Assembly: GCA_043800555.1 (NCBI GenBank)
Contig: JAZDMX010000003.1
Coordinates: 33,947-97,946 of the forward strand
Reading direction: 5' to 3'
Length of the DNA stretch: 64,000 nucleotides
Origin: Candidatus Omnitrophota bacterium
Lineage (GTDB): Bacteria; Omnitrophota; Gorgyraeia; Gygaellales; Profunditerraquicolaceae
Shown: positions 9,278 to 18,881 of the stretch, piece by piece
Layout: each line of letters opens with the position of its first letter
Numbering within the stretch: position 1 is the stretch's first letter
The notes under the pieces: model-generated
What the model was told of the DNA's origin: nothing
What the model saw: the letters and a program-made list of their open reading frames with translations, nothing else
Database searches by the model: none
Translations under genes and position numbers: made by a program

Positions 9278-10255
9278 GTGAAAAAGGTAGGCATAATAGG
9301 CGTCGGCGAGTATCTGCCCGGAAAAGTTTTAGTTAACTCGGATTTAGAGAAAATGGTTGATACTTCTGATGAGTGGATTACTACGCGCACAGGCATAAAA
9401 GAACGAAGGCTTGCTTCTAGCGGAGAAGCCACTTCTGATTTAGCCATAAACGCCGCAAAAGAGGCCCTGGAAGATGCGCGTTTGGCGCCGCAAGATTTGG
9501 ATTTAATTATTGTTGCCACAATTACTCCCGATATGCCTTTTCCTTCAGTTGCTTCAATCTTGCAAAACACGCTCTCTGCGAGAAACGCGGCTTGTTTTGA
9601 CGTTTCTGCCGCTTGCGCGGGGTTTGTTTATGGCTTGTCAATCGCCAGCCAATTTATTGCCTGCGGAACATATAAGAACGCCTTGGTTATAGGCGCTGAG
9701 AAACTTTCCTCTGTCACTGATTGGAAAGACAGGAATACTTGCGTCTTATTCGGAGACGGGGCCGGAGCTTGCGTATTAGGCGAAGTGAAATCAGGCGGCA
9801 TAGTTTCTACATATCTTGGTTGTGACGGCTCGAATTTAGGCTTATTAAATCTTCCCGCCGGCGGCTCTAGAATTCCCGCTTCGCATGAAACGGTTGAGGC
9901 GCGCATGCATTATATCAAAATGCAAGGCAACGAATTATTCAAGATTGCCGTTAAAACTATGACCGAAGCAGCCGAAAGAGTCTTAAAACAGGCAGGCCTG
10001 AATTTTTCCGATGTAGACTTGATTATTCCTCACCAGGCGAATTCGCGGATTATTATGGCGGTTGCTAAGCGGCTTGGTTTGTCCGAAGACAAAATCTTCC
10101 TTAACATAGAGAAATATGGGAATATGTCCAGCGCTTCTACGGCCACGGCATTAGTTGAGGCGGCAAAAGAAGGCAGGATTAAGAAGGGGGATGTTGTCCT
10201 TTTGGATGCTTTCGGCGCGGGGCTGGTTTGGGGAGCTTCGGTCATCATATGGTAG
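9278..10255 (+). CDS. fabH: 3-oxoacyl-ACP synthase III
   Basis: GTG start. GIIGVGEYLPGKVLVNSDLEKMVDTSDEWITTRTGIKERR, active Cys in ACAGFVYGL, and the His/Asn region HQANSRII...GNMSSAS. Confidence 0.95.
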   Translation: MKKVGIIGVGEYLPGKVLVNSDLEKMVDTSDEWITTRTGIKERRLASSGEATSDLAINAAKEALEDARLAPQDLDLIIVATITPDMPFPSVASILQNTLSARNAACFDVSAACAGFVYGLSIASQFIACGTYKNALVIGAEKLSSVTDWKDRNTCVLFGDGAGACVLGEVKSGGIVSTYLGCDGSNLGLLNLPAGGSRIPASHETVEARMHYIKMQGNELFKIAVKTMTEAAERVLKQAGLNFSDVDLIIPHQANSRIIMAVAKRLGLSEDKIFLNIEKYGNMSSASTATALVEAAKEGRIKKGDVVLLDAFGAGLVWGASVIIW

Positions 10256-10302
10256 TTACGCATTGCCATTAAGGCGCTAACCCATAGCAAGATAATAGTG
10301 GG

Positions 10303-11216
10303 TTGCTAGATATGGAAGAAAAATTTGGATTTCTTTTTGCCGGGCAAGGCAGTCAATACGTGGGGATGGGTAAGGATTTATACGGGAATTTTCCCGAGTC
10401 CCGTTTGATATTTGACAGGGCGCAGGCATTATTGGATTTTGACCTCAAACAAATCTGTTTTGAGGGCCCGGAGGACCAATTAAAGGTAACCAAGATATCC
10501 CAGCCTGCGATTATCACTGTAAGTATTGCCGCTTTTGAGGCTTTTAAGGCTAAAAATAGGGTTACTCCCGGATTTATGGCGGGTTTAAGCCTGGGTGAAT
10601 ATAGCGCTTTAATCGCCTCTGGGAGCCTTACTTTTGAGGACGGCATCCGGTTAATTAAAAGAAGAGGCGAGTTGATGAATGCGGCAGCCGGGAAATACCC
10701 CGGAAAATGGCCGCTGTTTTGGATTTAGACGCTGTCAGGGTTAAAGAGATTTGCGCGGCAAGCGGCGCGGAAATAGCTAATTTAAATTCTCCCGGACAGG
10801 TTGTTATTTCCGGGAAAGCCGAGGCGATAGATAAAGCTGTTGTTTTATGCAACGAAGCCGGCGCAAAACGGGTGATCCCTCTGGAGGTAAGCGGAGCGTT
10901 CCACTCTTCTTTGATGTCAGAGGCTTCCGCCGGGTTAAAAGAAGAGCTGGATAAGATAGGTATTAGTGAGCCTATTGTTTCGGTAGTAAGCAATTATACA
11001 GCCTTACCTCAGGATAAAACCGCTCAGATCAGGGAGAATTTGGTGCGGCAGGTGTGTTCTCCGGTAAGATGGGAAGATTCAATGCGTTTTATGCTTTCGA
11101 AGGGGATTACGCAGTTTTACGAATTTGGCCCGGGAAAGGTGTTAAAAGGCCTTATGCGGCGCATTGATAGTAATGCGCGAGTAGTGAATATAGAGAGAAA
11201 AATTGACCTAGGGTAG
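10303..11216 (+). CDS. fabD: malonyl CoA-ACP transacylase FabD, interrupted by an apparent -1 frameshift in an A4 run at 10704-10707 (two ORFs 10303-10728 and 10707-11216)
   Basis: N-terminal ORF has FLFAGQGSQYVGMG and the GLSLGEYSAL active-site Ser. The C-terminal ORF continues MAAVLDLD...GAFHSS. Restoring one A (GGAAAAATGG) gives the expected ...AAAGKYPGKMAAVLDLD junction. Essential gene, so a homopolymer assembly error is likely. Confidence 0.85.
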
Positions 11217-11240
11217 TTAGGATGGCAGGGAGGCTTAAGA

Positions 11241-11984
11241 ATGAAACTGAAAGATAAGGTAGCTTTGATTACTGGCGGGGCCAGGGGCATAGGCCAGGCT
11301 ATTGCTATGGCTTTTGCCAAAGAGGGCGCGGATATCGTAGTTGCGGATGTCAGCGCGGAAGTGGCCCAGAAAGCGGCATTAGAAATAGAGGCTTTAGGCA
11401 GGAAGGCCCTTGCCTTGGAGATGGACGTTACGGATTACGCTCAGGTAGAAGCAGGCTTGAACAAAATTCTTGACAAATTTGGAAAGGTTGATATATTAGT
11501 TAACAACGCTGGGATTACTAAAGACAATCTTATACTTAGAATGCCTGAATCTGATTGGGATGCGGTGATAAATGTGAACCTGAAAGGCACTTTTAACTGC
11601 ATCAAGGCGGTTTCCCGGCCGATGATAAAGCAGAGGAGCGGCAAGATAGTGAGCATAGCTTCGATTATCGGCCTTATGGGGAATGCGGGGCAGGCTAATT
11701 ACGCTGCTTCTAAAGCGGGCATTATTGCTCTTACAAAGACCGTAGCTAAGGAATTGGCCAGCCGCAATATTAATGCCAACGCGGTAGCCCCCGGCTTTAT
11801 CCAAACCGAGATGACCGCCAAGCTTCCGGAGAGCGTTAAGGCCAAAATGCTGGAGGCAATACCGTTGGGTAAGCTGGGTTTACCCAAAGATGTGGCGGAT
11901 GCCTGCTTATTTTTAGTGTCCGAAGATTCCAGTTATATAACCGGACAAGTTATTACTGTTGATGGCGGGATGGTTATGGCATAA
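11241..11984 (+). CDS. fabG: 3-oxoacyl-ACP reductase
   Basis: MKLKDKVALITGGARGIGQAIA, NNAGITKD, YAASKAG. Housekeeping fab operon position. Confidence 0.95.
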   Translation: MKLKDKVALITGGARGIGQAIAMAFAKEGADIVVADVSAEVAQKAALEIEALGRKALALEMDVTDYAQVEAGLNKILDKFGKVDILVNNAGITKDNLILRMPESDWDAVINVNLKGTFNCIKAVSRPMIKQRSGKIVSIASIIGLMGNAGQANYAASKAGIIALTKTVAKELASRNINANAVAPGFIQTEMTAKLPESVKAKMLEAIPLGKLGLPKDVADACLFLVSEDSSYITGQVITVDGGMVMA

Positions 11985-12079
11985 AAAAGATCCCTTGTGT
12001 CCATGTTATTACCATGGGGTTCGGGATTAATTCGTCCGTTGCTGAATAGATGGCGGGCTCATTTAAGGAGGAAAAAAGA

Positions 12080-12319
12080 ATGGCAGTTCAAGAAAAAGTT
12101 AAGTCAATAATCGCGGAACAATTAGGGGTTAAGCCTGAAGAGGTTACTCCCGAGGCGTCTTTTGTCGATGATTTGGGCGCCGACTCATTGGATACCGTAG
12201 AGTTAGTCATGGCGTTAGAAGAGGAGTTTGGCATTGAGATACCCGATGAGGATGCCGAGAAAATAGCTACTGTCGGCGATGCCATCAAGTATATTGAAGA
12301 AAAGAGTGCTAGCAAATAA
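12080..12319 (+). CDS. acpP: acyl carrier protein
   Basis: SD AGGAGG 9 nt upstream of ATG at 12080. [29 protein letters not shown] is the canonical AcpP. Confidence 0.95.
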   Translation: MAVQEKVKSIIAEQLGVKPEEVTPEASFVDDLGADSLDTVELVMALEEEFGIEIPDEDAEKIATVGDAIKYIEEKSASK

Positions 12320-12344
12320 TCATTTTATATAGATATGAAATTAA

Positions 12345-12384
12345 CTTACCCCGCTATTTTTGTTTAGCGGGGTAAGTTTTTCCC
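12345..12384 (+). terminator. intrinsic terminator/attenuator after acpP
   Basis: Perfect 11-bp stem CTTACCCCGCT / AGCGGGGTAAG with loop ATTTTTGTTT, followed by TTTTTCC. This is the typical acpP-fabF partial terminator position. Confidence 0.6.
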
Positions 12385-12452
12385 GCTGCATCGTTTCTTT
12401 TGAAAGAAGGCAGCTGCCTGATTTTAAATAGTTTGGCGGGAAAGCGAGGGAT

Positions 12453-13694
12453 ATGGAGAATAGGGTAGTAATTACGGGTTTAGGGGTAATTTCTCCGGTA
12501 GGTAACGACATTACCGGTTTCTGGAAGTCGTTAAAGGAAGGCAAAAGCGGCGTAGGGCCGTTGACCAGCTTTGACCCTGCCAATTTTGATTCGCGGATTG
12601 CCGGTGAAGTAAAAGGATTTGACCCTTCTGCCTACGGCATAGATTCTAAAGATGCAAGGCGCACCGCTAAATTTGTGCAGTATGCCCTTGCTGCGGCTAA
12701 ACAGGCAGTAGCTTCTTCAGGTTTGGATCTGGATAAAGAGAATAAAGAAAGGTGCGGGGTTTTAATCGGTTCAGGCATAGGCAGCCTCTATACCATAGAA
12801 GAAGAGCATAAGATTTATTTGACTAAAGGCCCATCGCGGCTCTCCCCTTTCCTTATCCCTATGCTGATTGTGAATGAAGCAAGCGGTTTAGTGGGGATAA
12901 AATTCGGGTTTAAGGGCCCTAATTCCTGCGTAGCTACTGCTTGCGCTTCAGGTTCGCACGCAATAGGAGATGCGTTCAGGATTATAGAGCGCGGGGATGC
13001 GGATGTGATGATTTCAGGCGGCACGGAAAGTTGTATTGTAGCTACCGCTGTCGGAGGATTCTGTGCCCTAAAAGCCCTTTCCAAGAGGAATAGCGATCCG
13101 CAAAAAGCCAGCCGCCCGTTTGATAAAGAACGCGATGGTTTTGTTATGGCGGAAGGTTGCGGTTTAGTGGTTATGGAGAACCTAGAGCATGCCAAGAAAC
13201 GAAATGCTCCCATAATAGCTGAACTCGTTGGATTTGGGATGACTTGCGACGCTTACCATATAACTGCTCCGGATCCCGAAGGAGAGGGGGCCGGCAGGGC
13301 GATGAAATTGGCCCTGGCCGATGCCAAGCTTAACCCTCAGGACGTTGATTATATTAACGCGCACGGCACATCAACCAAGCTTAACGATAAGATTGAGACG
13401 TTTTCGATGAAAATGGCGTTTGGCGCTCACGCCAAAGAAGTAATGATCTCTTCAACTAAGTCTATGACAGGGCATTCTTTGGGGGCTGCCGGCGGGATAG
13501 AATTCGTGGTTTGTTGTTTGACGATAAAGGAAGGCGTTGTGCACCCCACGATTAATTATGAACACCCTGATTTTGAATGTGATTTAGACTATGTGCCTAA
13601 TTCCTCGCGCAAAGCAGATATCAAGGTATGCATGTCCAATTCTTTGGGGTTTGGAGGCCACAACGCCTCCCTCATTGCCAAGAAATTCGAATAG
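12453..13694 (+). CDS. fabF: 3-oxoacyl-ACP synthase II
   Basis: 413 aa. Cys in ATACASGSHAIGDAFR, His in NAHGTSTKLNDK, His in GHSLGAAGGIE. Confidence 0.95.
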   Translation: MENRVVITGLGVISPVGNDITGFWKSLKEGKSGVGPLTSFDPANFDSRIAGEVKGFDPSAYGIDSKDARRTAKFVQYALAAAKQAVASSGLDLDKENKERCGVLIGSGIGSLYTIEEEHKIYLTKGPSRLSPFLIPMLIVNEASGLVGIKFGFKGPNSCVATACASGSHAIGDAFRIIERGDADVMISGGTESCIVATAVGGFCALKALSKRNSDPQKASRPFDKERDGFVMAEGCGLVVMENLEHAKKRNAPIIAELVGFGMTCDAYHITAPDPEGEGAGRAMKLALADAKLNPQDVDYINAHGTSTKLNDKIETFSMKMAFGAHAKEVMISSTKSMTGHSLGAAGGIEFVVCCLTIKEGVVHPTINYEHPDFECDLDYVPNSSRKADIKVCMSNSLGFGGHNASLIAKKFE

Positions 13695-13731
13695 GCACAA
13701 AAGGGTGCCTTTCGCCTGTTTATAGCCAGAT

Positions 13732-15003
13732 ATGCCTTATACAATAACCGAAAAGATATTACTCTCCCATACCGATAAAAAAGACATAAAACCCGGTGAA
13801 TTTATCGAGGTTAATGTGGATATCGCTTTGGGCAATGATATTACCGCGCCGTTGGCTATCGGAGAATTCAAGAAAAGCGGGGTAAAACACGTTTTTGATA
13901 AAGACAAGATTGTCCTTGTCCCGGATCATTTTGCTCCGGCGAAGGATTTAAGGAGCGCTAATCAATGCAAGGTTTTGGCTGATTTCGCCAAAGAAGAAAA
14001 AATAAAAAACTATTTTGAAGTCGGTTGTATGGGCATTGAGCATGCGTTATTGCCGGAGAAGGGATTGGTGACTTCAGGAGACCTGGTTATTGGCGCGGAT
14101 TCCCATACTTGCACCTATGGCGCCTTAGGCGCGTATTCAACCGGTGTGGGATCTACGGATTTGGCCCGGGCGTTTATAGACGGTAAATGCTGGTTGAAGG
14201 TCCCGGGTTCAGTTAAATTTGTTTACAAGGGAAAGCTCAAAAAGTGGGTCGGCGGCAAAGACTTGATTTTGTTTACTATCGGCCAAATCGGGGTGGATGG
14301 CGCCCTGTATAAGGCCATGGAATTTTCTGGGCCGGTAATCAGAAACCTGAGCATGGATGATAGATTTTCAATGAGCAATATGGCTATTGAAGCCGGTGCT
14401 CGCGCCGGATTAATTGAACCTGACAATATTACTAAGGCTTATGTTAAGGGTAGGCCTAAGCCCCAAGGCCGAAAACCGCAATTCTACCAGTCGGATAAAG
14501 ACGCGCATTACGACCATATTTACCAGTGGGATATTTCCGGATTAGAGCCCCAGGTAGCTTGTCCGCACCTGCCAAGCAATATCAAGCCGGTGTCGGAATT
14601 AGGCAGGGTTAAGCTTGATCAGGTTGTTGTTGGTTCTTGCACTAACGGCAGGATATCGGATTTACGGATCAGCGCCAAGATATTAAAAGGGAAGAAAGTC
14701 GCCCCCGGGCTTAAGTTAATTATATTCCCGGCTACGCAGGAAATTTATCTGGAAGCGGTAAGAGAAGGATTGGCGGAAATTTTTGTCAGGGCCGGAGGAG
14801 TGTTTTCCACTCCTACTTGCGGGCCGTGTTTAGGCGGGCATATGGGGATTTTGGCCGAAGGCGAAGTTGCCTTGGCTACCACTAACCGTAATTTTATCGG
14901 GAGAATGGGCAGCCCTAAGAGTTTTGTCTATTTGTCTAATCCGGCAGTCGCCGCTAGCTCGGCGATTACAGGTAGAATCACTCACCCTGAGGAATTGGCG
15001 TAA
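13732..15003 (+). CDS. leuC: 3-isopropylmalate dehydratase large subunit (short archaeal-type LeuC / aconitase family)
   Basis: MPYTITEKILLSH...SHTCTYGALGA...GSCTNGR...TCGPCLGG show the aconitase-family Fe-S Cys ligands. 423 aa. Homoaconitase cannot be excluded from sequence alone. Confidence 0.9.
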   Translation: MPYTITEKILLSHTDKKDIKPGEFIEVNVDIALGNDITAPLAIGEFKKSGVKHVFDKDKIVLVPDHFAPAKDLRSANQCKVLADFAKEEKIKNYFEVGCMGIEHALLPEKGLVTSGDLVIGADSHTCTYGALGAYSTGVGSTDLARAFIDGKCWLKVPGSVKFVYKGKLKKWVGGKDLILFTIGQIGVDGALYKAMEFSGPVIRNLSMDDRFSMSNMAIEAGARAGLIEPDNITKAYVKGRPKPQGRKPQFYQSDKDAHYDHIYQWDISGLEPQVACPHLPSNIKPVSELGRVKLDQVVVGSCTNGRISDLRISAKILKGKKVAPGLKLIIFPATQEIYLEAVREGLAEIFVRAGGVFSTPTCGPCLGGHMGILAEGEVALATTNRNFIGRMGSPKSFVYLSNPAVAASSAITGRITHPEELA

Positions 15004-15173
15004 TTCTGGCTACCTTCCTGATTGGGAAGGAGGCCGTGGCGTTTCGTTACGCATATTGCTTTATACGGATGTTTGAGAGCATAGTTTGGGGAAAACGGGC
15101 AGGGTAAGGTTTCCCCCCGGGCTTGGCTCAGGAAGCGCAGGGGCTATCTACGCCCAGAGAAAGACGTAAAGAC

Positions 15174-15668
15174 ATGTTAATTAAAGGCAAGGTTCACAAA
15201 TTCGGAGATGACATCAATACCGATGATATTATTTCGGCCAAGTACCTGATTTCTACCGACGCAAAGGAGTTGGGTTCGCATTGCCTGGAGAGTATCGCCC
15301 CGGATTTTGCCGGAAAAGTAGCTTCCGGGGAGATCATCATAGCGGGAAAGAATTTTGGGTGCGGCTCAAGCAGGGAACATGCCCCGGTAGCTATCAAGGG
15401 CGCCGGGATCTCCGCGGTTATAGCTAAGAGTTTTGCCGCGATTTTCTTTAGGAACGCCATAAATATCGGGTTACCTTTTCTGGAATCGGAAGACGTGGAT
15501 AAGATAAGGCAGGGGGATTTGATTGAAATAGATTTAGACGGTGGTATAATAAACAATCTGACCCAAAATGTTACTTATAAAACGCAGAGTTTCCCCGGGT
15601 TCCTGCAGGAGTTGATAAGAGAGGGCGGCCTGATGAATTGGGTTAAAGCAAAAAAGGAGCGCAGATGA
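15174..15668 (+). CDS. leuD: 3-isopropylmalate dehydratase small subunit
   Basis: MLIKGKVHKFGDDINTDDIISAKYL is the LeuD/aconitase swivel-domain N-terminus. Start chosen at the internal Met matching the family start. Confidence 0.9.
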   Translation: MLIKGKVHKFGDDINTDDIISAKYLISTDAKELGSHCLESIAPDFAGKVASGEIIIAGKNFGCGSSREHAPVAIKGAGISAVIAKSFAAIFFRNAINIGLPFLESEDVDKIRQGDLIEIDLDGGIINNLTQNVTYKTQSFPGFLQELIREGGLMNWVKAKKERR

Positions 15669-15913
15669 TTAACGTAGAAAAGCAAAAGGTTAAAGTCTAC
15701 ATTATCACCGGGCAAGGCCTTTCGGTAAAAGGTTTCCTGCATATTGACCAGGGTATGCGGTTGAATGATTTCTTGAACAGCCGCAGGGATGATTTTCTGG
15801 CTGTTACCGAAGCCAGGATTAAATCCGCGGGCATGTTTTTATGGTTATCCCGCAGGCAAAAGGTGGTTTTTATCAATAAGAATTTTATTAGGCTTATTGA
15901 AGAATGTAAATAG
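15665..15913 (+). CDS. hypothetical 82-aa protein, translationally coupled (ATGA) to leuD
   Basis: ORF MINVEKQKVKVYIITGQGLSVKGFLHID... has no recognisable family. Sits between leuD and leuB. Confidence 0.4.
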   Translation: MINVEKQKVKVYIITGQGLSVKGFLHIDQGMRLNDFLNSRRDDFLAVTEARIKSAGMFLWLSRRQKVVFINKNFIRLIEECK

Positions 15914-16039
15914 ATCTATAATAGGGAAAAGCCCCGGATTTTTCGATTGCGGCGGTTAGAAGCAGGTTAAGGGGGGCAAAAATCAGGCATAGCCTCTAAA
16001 ATAATGCCTGAAGATAATTATGCCAGGAAAGAGGGAGTT

Positions 16040-17092
16040 ATGTATAAAATAGCGGTTATCCCCGGGGACGGTACCGGCCCGGAAGTAGTGCGCGAAGGGC
16101 TAAAGATTTTGCAGGCAGCCGGGAAAAAATTTAAATTTGAATACGAAACTAAAGAGTTTGATTTCAGCGGCAGGAGGTATTTAGAGACCGGTAAGCTGGT
16201 TAGCGACAAGGACATCGAGGAGCTAAGAAAGTATTGCGCGATTTATCTGGGCGCAGTAGGCGATCCCAATGTAAAACCCGGCATCATCGAGACAGGGGTT
16301 TTGTTGAAATTAAGGTTTGCCCTGGATCAGTATATAAACTTAAGGCCGGTAAAGCTTTATAATTCCAGTTTTTGCCCTTTGAAAGACAAAAAACCGGAAG
16401 ACATAGATTTTGTGGTTGTGCGTGAGAATTCCGAAGGCCTGTATAAAGGCATGGGCGAATTTAAGGATAAAGGGGCCAAGGATGAGGTTGCGATTCAGGT
16501 CTCCTATAATACCCGTAAAGGCGTGGAACGCTGTTTGCGTTATGCCTTTGAATTTACCCGTAAACGCAATAAAAGAAAGAAACTTCTTTTGTGCGGCAAG
16601 ACAAATGTTTTAACTTATTCCTGGGACCTTTGGCAGAGGGTTTTTAACGAAGTTGCTAAAGAGTATCCTGATGTGGCCACGGATTACGCCCATGTAGATG
16701 CTACGACGATGTGGTTTGTGAAGAACCCGGAATGGTTTGATGTAATCGTTACCGATAATATGTTTGGCGATATTATTACTGATTTAGGGGCCATGATCCA
16801 GGGGGGGATGGGGATTGCCTCTGGAGCTAACATCAACCCTGAAGGCGTATCCATGTTTGAGCCAATCGGCGGGAGCGCGCCGAAGTATACAGGCAAGAAT
16901 GTGATTAATCCGTTAGCCGCGATTTGTGCTGTTGGGATGATGCTGGAGAACCTTGGCGAGGTTGTGGCCGCTAAGGCAGTTGAGGATGCGGTTATTAAAT
17001 TTGCCAATCAAAAACTAAAAACGCTGGCTGCCGGGAAAATGGGTTATTCTACGGCTGAAGTTGGGGATTTGGTAGCGGAAAACCTTGCCTAG
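16040..17092 (+). CDS. leuB: 3-isopropylmalate dehydrogenase (isocitrate/isopropylmalate dehydrogenase family)
   Basis: MYKIAVIPGDGTGPEVV..., NLRPV, DNMFGDIITDLGAMIQGGMGIA. SD-like AGGAAAGAGGGAG upstream of 16040. Confidence 0.85.
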   Translation: MYKIAVIPGDGTGPEVVREGLKILQAAGKKFKFEYETKEFDFSGRRYLETGKLVSDKDIEELRKYCAIYLGAVGDPNVKPGIIETGVLLKLRFALDQYINLRPVKLYNSSFCPLKDKKPEDIDFVVVRENSEGLYKGMGEFKDKGAKDEVAIQVSYNTRKGVERCLRYAFEFTRKRNKRKKLLLCGKTNVLTYSWDLWQRVFNEVAKEYPDVATDYAHVDATTMWFVKNPEWFDVIVTDNMFGDIITDLGAMIQGGMGIASGANINPEGVSMFEPIGGSAPKYTGKNVINPLAAICAVGMMLENLGEVVAAKAVEDAVIKFANQKLKTLAAGKMGYSTAEVGDLVAENLA

Positions 17093-17133
17093 CGTTGCCG
17101 GGAGAGGGTTGAGTTGCCCGCGATAAGATAAAA

Positions 17134-18165
17134 ATGGGAAAATCCAAGTATAATGTTGCCGTAGTTGGCGCAGGCGTAGTGGGCATAGAGATGCTGCGTG
17201 TTTTAAAACAGCGTAATTTCCCGGTTGGAGAGTTACGCGTATTTGCCCGTTCAGCGCGGGATATAGATGTAGACGGGGATAAATATTCCGTAAAGCCCAT
17301 CAGCCCCGCGGGATTTGAGGGCATAGATATTGCTTTATTTGCCGGAACCGAAGGGGAAAAAGGAGCTGCGGTTGTTTATGCCGCAGAAGCGGTAAAAAGA
17401 GGCGCGGTAGTTATTGATAATGGCGCGGATTTCCGTATGGATCCGAAAGTGCCTCTGGTAGTCCCGGAAGTCAATGCCGCAGATGCCAAAAAGCACAAAG
17501 GCATTATCGCCAACCCGAATTGTTCGACCATACAGATGGCCGTAGCTTTAAACCCGATTCATAGAAAATCCGGCATAAAAAGGATTATTGTTACCACTTT
17601 ACAGGCTTCCAGCGGCGCCGGTAAGAGCGCTGTTGAACAGCTGAAGGAAGAAACCTTCTTGATAGCTCAAGCCGGCTTTAACGATTTGGATGTAAGCGTT
17701 GCAAATAAAGCCATGCCGCAGCAATTGGCTTATAATGTTTTCCCGCATATAGGTTCTTTTTCTGAGGGCGATTATACTAACGAAGAATGGAAGCTGGTTA
17801 GGGAGACCCATAAGATCCTGCACGCGCCCAAAATTAAGATCTCGGCGACTACGGTAAGGGTCCCGGTCAGGACCGGGCATTCCGAATCAGTCTATATCGA
17901 GACCTCCCGTTTTATCTCAGTTGACAGGGTTAAAGCTCTTCTTTCAAAAGCCCCCGGCGTAATTTTAATGGATCAGCCGGAAAAAAGCATTTATCCTATG
18001 CCTAAAGGCGTAGAGGGCAGGGATGAGGTTTTCGTCGGCCGTATCCGCAAGGATGCTTTTGTAAAGAACGGCCTCTGGTTGTGGGTGGTAGCGGATAACC
18101 TGCGTAAGGGTGCTGCTACTAATGCCGTGCAAATCGCCGAATGCGTAATATCAAGCTTGAAATAG
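17134..18165 (+). CDS. asd: aspartate-semialdehyde dehydrogenase
   Basis: YNVAVVGAGVVGIEMLRVL...NPNCSTIQM contains the active-site Cys, plus the C-terminal dimerisation region. Confidence 0.95.
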   Translation: MGKSKYNVAVVGAGVVGIEMLRVLKQRNFPVGELRVFARSARDIDVDGDKYSVKPISPAGFEGIDIALFAGTEGEKGAAVVYAAEAVKRGAVVIDNGADFRMDPKVPLVVPEVNAADAKKHKGIIANPNCSTIQMAVALNPIHRKSGIKRIIVTTLQASSGAGKSAVEQLKEETFLIAQAGFNDLDVSVANKAMPQQLAYNVFPHIGSFSEGDYTNEEWKLVRETHKILHAPKIKISATTVRVPVRTGHSESVYIETSRFISVDRVKALLSKAPGVILMDQPEKSIYPMPKGVEGRDEVFVGRIRKDAFVKNGLWLWVVADNLRKGAATNAVQIAECVISSLK

Positions 18166-18881
18166 AATACGACGGCTCAAATTACGCGGGTTGGCAGGTC
18201 CAGCCTAAAGAGCGCGGCAAGACAATCCAGGCGGTAATCGAGAGGAAACTCCGCAAGATCCTTCAGGAAAAAGTAAAATTAATTGCTTCGGGAAGGACTG
18301 ATTCCGGAGTGCACGCCTTGGCCCAGGTCGCCAATTTCCTCACTCATTCCGGCATCTCTTTATCCAAATTAAAACTAGGATTAAACGGGATCCTCCCCGA
18401 AGATATAAAGATTGTTAAAATATCCGGGGTCCCGCTATCTTTCCACAGCCGTTTCTCGGCAAAATCCAAAATTTACCGTTATACTATATTAAACCGCGGC
18501 TATTCTTCTCCTTTAATAAGGCACAGGGTTTATTTTTACCCTCATTTCTTGGATGTAGGGTTTATGCAAAGGGAAGCCTTGAGTTTGCTGGGCAGGCATA
18601 ATTTTAGCGCTTTCCAGGCATCCTTGGGAAAGGGCAGGAACCCGCTTAAGACAATAAAAAGGATTGATATTAAAAAGAAGAAGGATTGCCTGTATATCGA
18701 TATCGAAGCCGATGGGTTTTTGTATAATATGGCCAGGAACATTGTAGGGACCCTGCTTGAAATAGGCAGGGGGAGGCTGGCCCGGGGAGCAGTAAGAAAA
18801 ATATTGCTTTCCCGCAACCGCAGGCTCGCCGGCCAAACCGTTCCTTCAAGAGGCCTTTGCCTGTTAAGAGTAAAATACTAA
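18141..18881 (+). CDS. truA: tRNA pseudouridine(38-40) synthase
   Basis: MRNIKLEIEYDGSNYAGWQVQP...RTDSGVHALAQVANF contains the catalytic Asp. Confidence 0.9.
   Translation: MRNIKLEIEYDGSNYAGWQVQPKERGKTIQAVIERKLRKILQEKVKLIASGRTDSGVHALAQVANFLTHSGISLSKLKLGLNGILPEDIKIVKISGVPLSFHSRFSAKSKIYRYTILNRGYSSPLIRHRVYFYPHFLDVGFMQREALSLLGRHNFSAFQASLGKGRNPLKTIKRIDIKKKKDCLYIDIEADGFLYNMARNIVGTLLEIGRGRLARGAVRKILLSRNRRLAGQTVPSRGLCLLRVKY

Noticed and set aside
8917-9570. 217-aa minus-strand ORF and other >=60-aa minus-strand ORFs (for example 31318-32022, 22967-23605, 15194-15556)
   Set aside because: All overlap conserved + strand genes (plsX/fabH, dapF/dapA, argJ, leuD) in antisense, with no homology signal. 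Rejected as spurious.
14867-15076. 69-aa + strand ORF in the leuC-leuD spacer
   Set aside because: It starts inside the leuC coding region in another frame and has no RBS or conservation signal. The spacer is better treated as non-coding.
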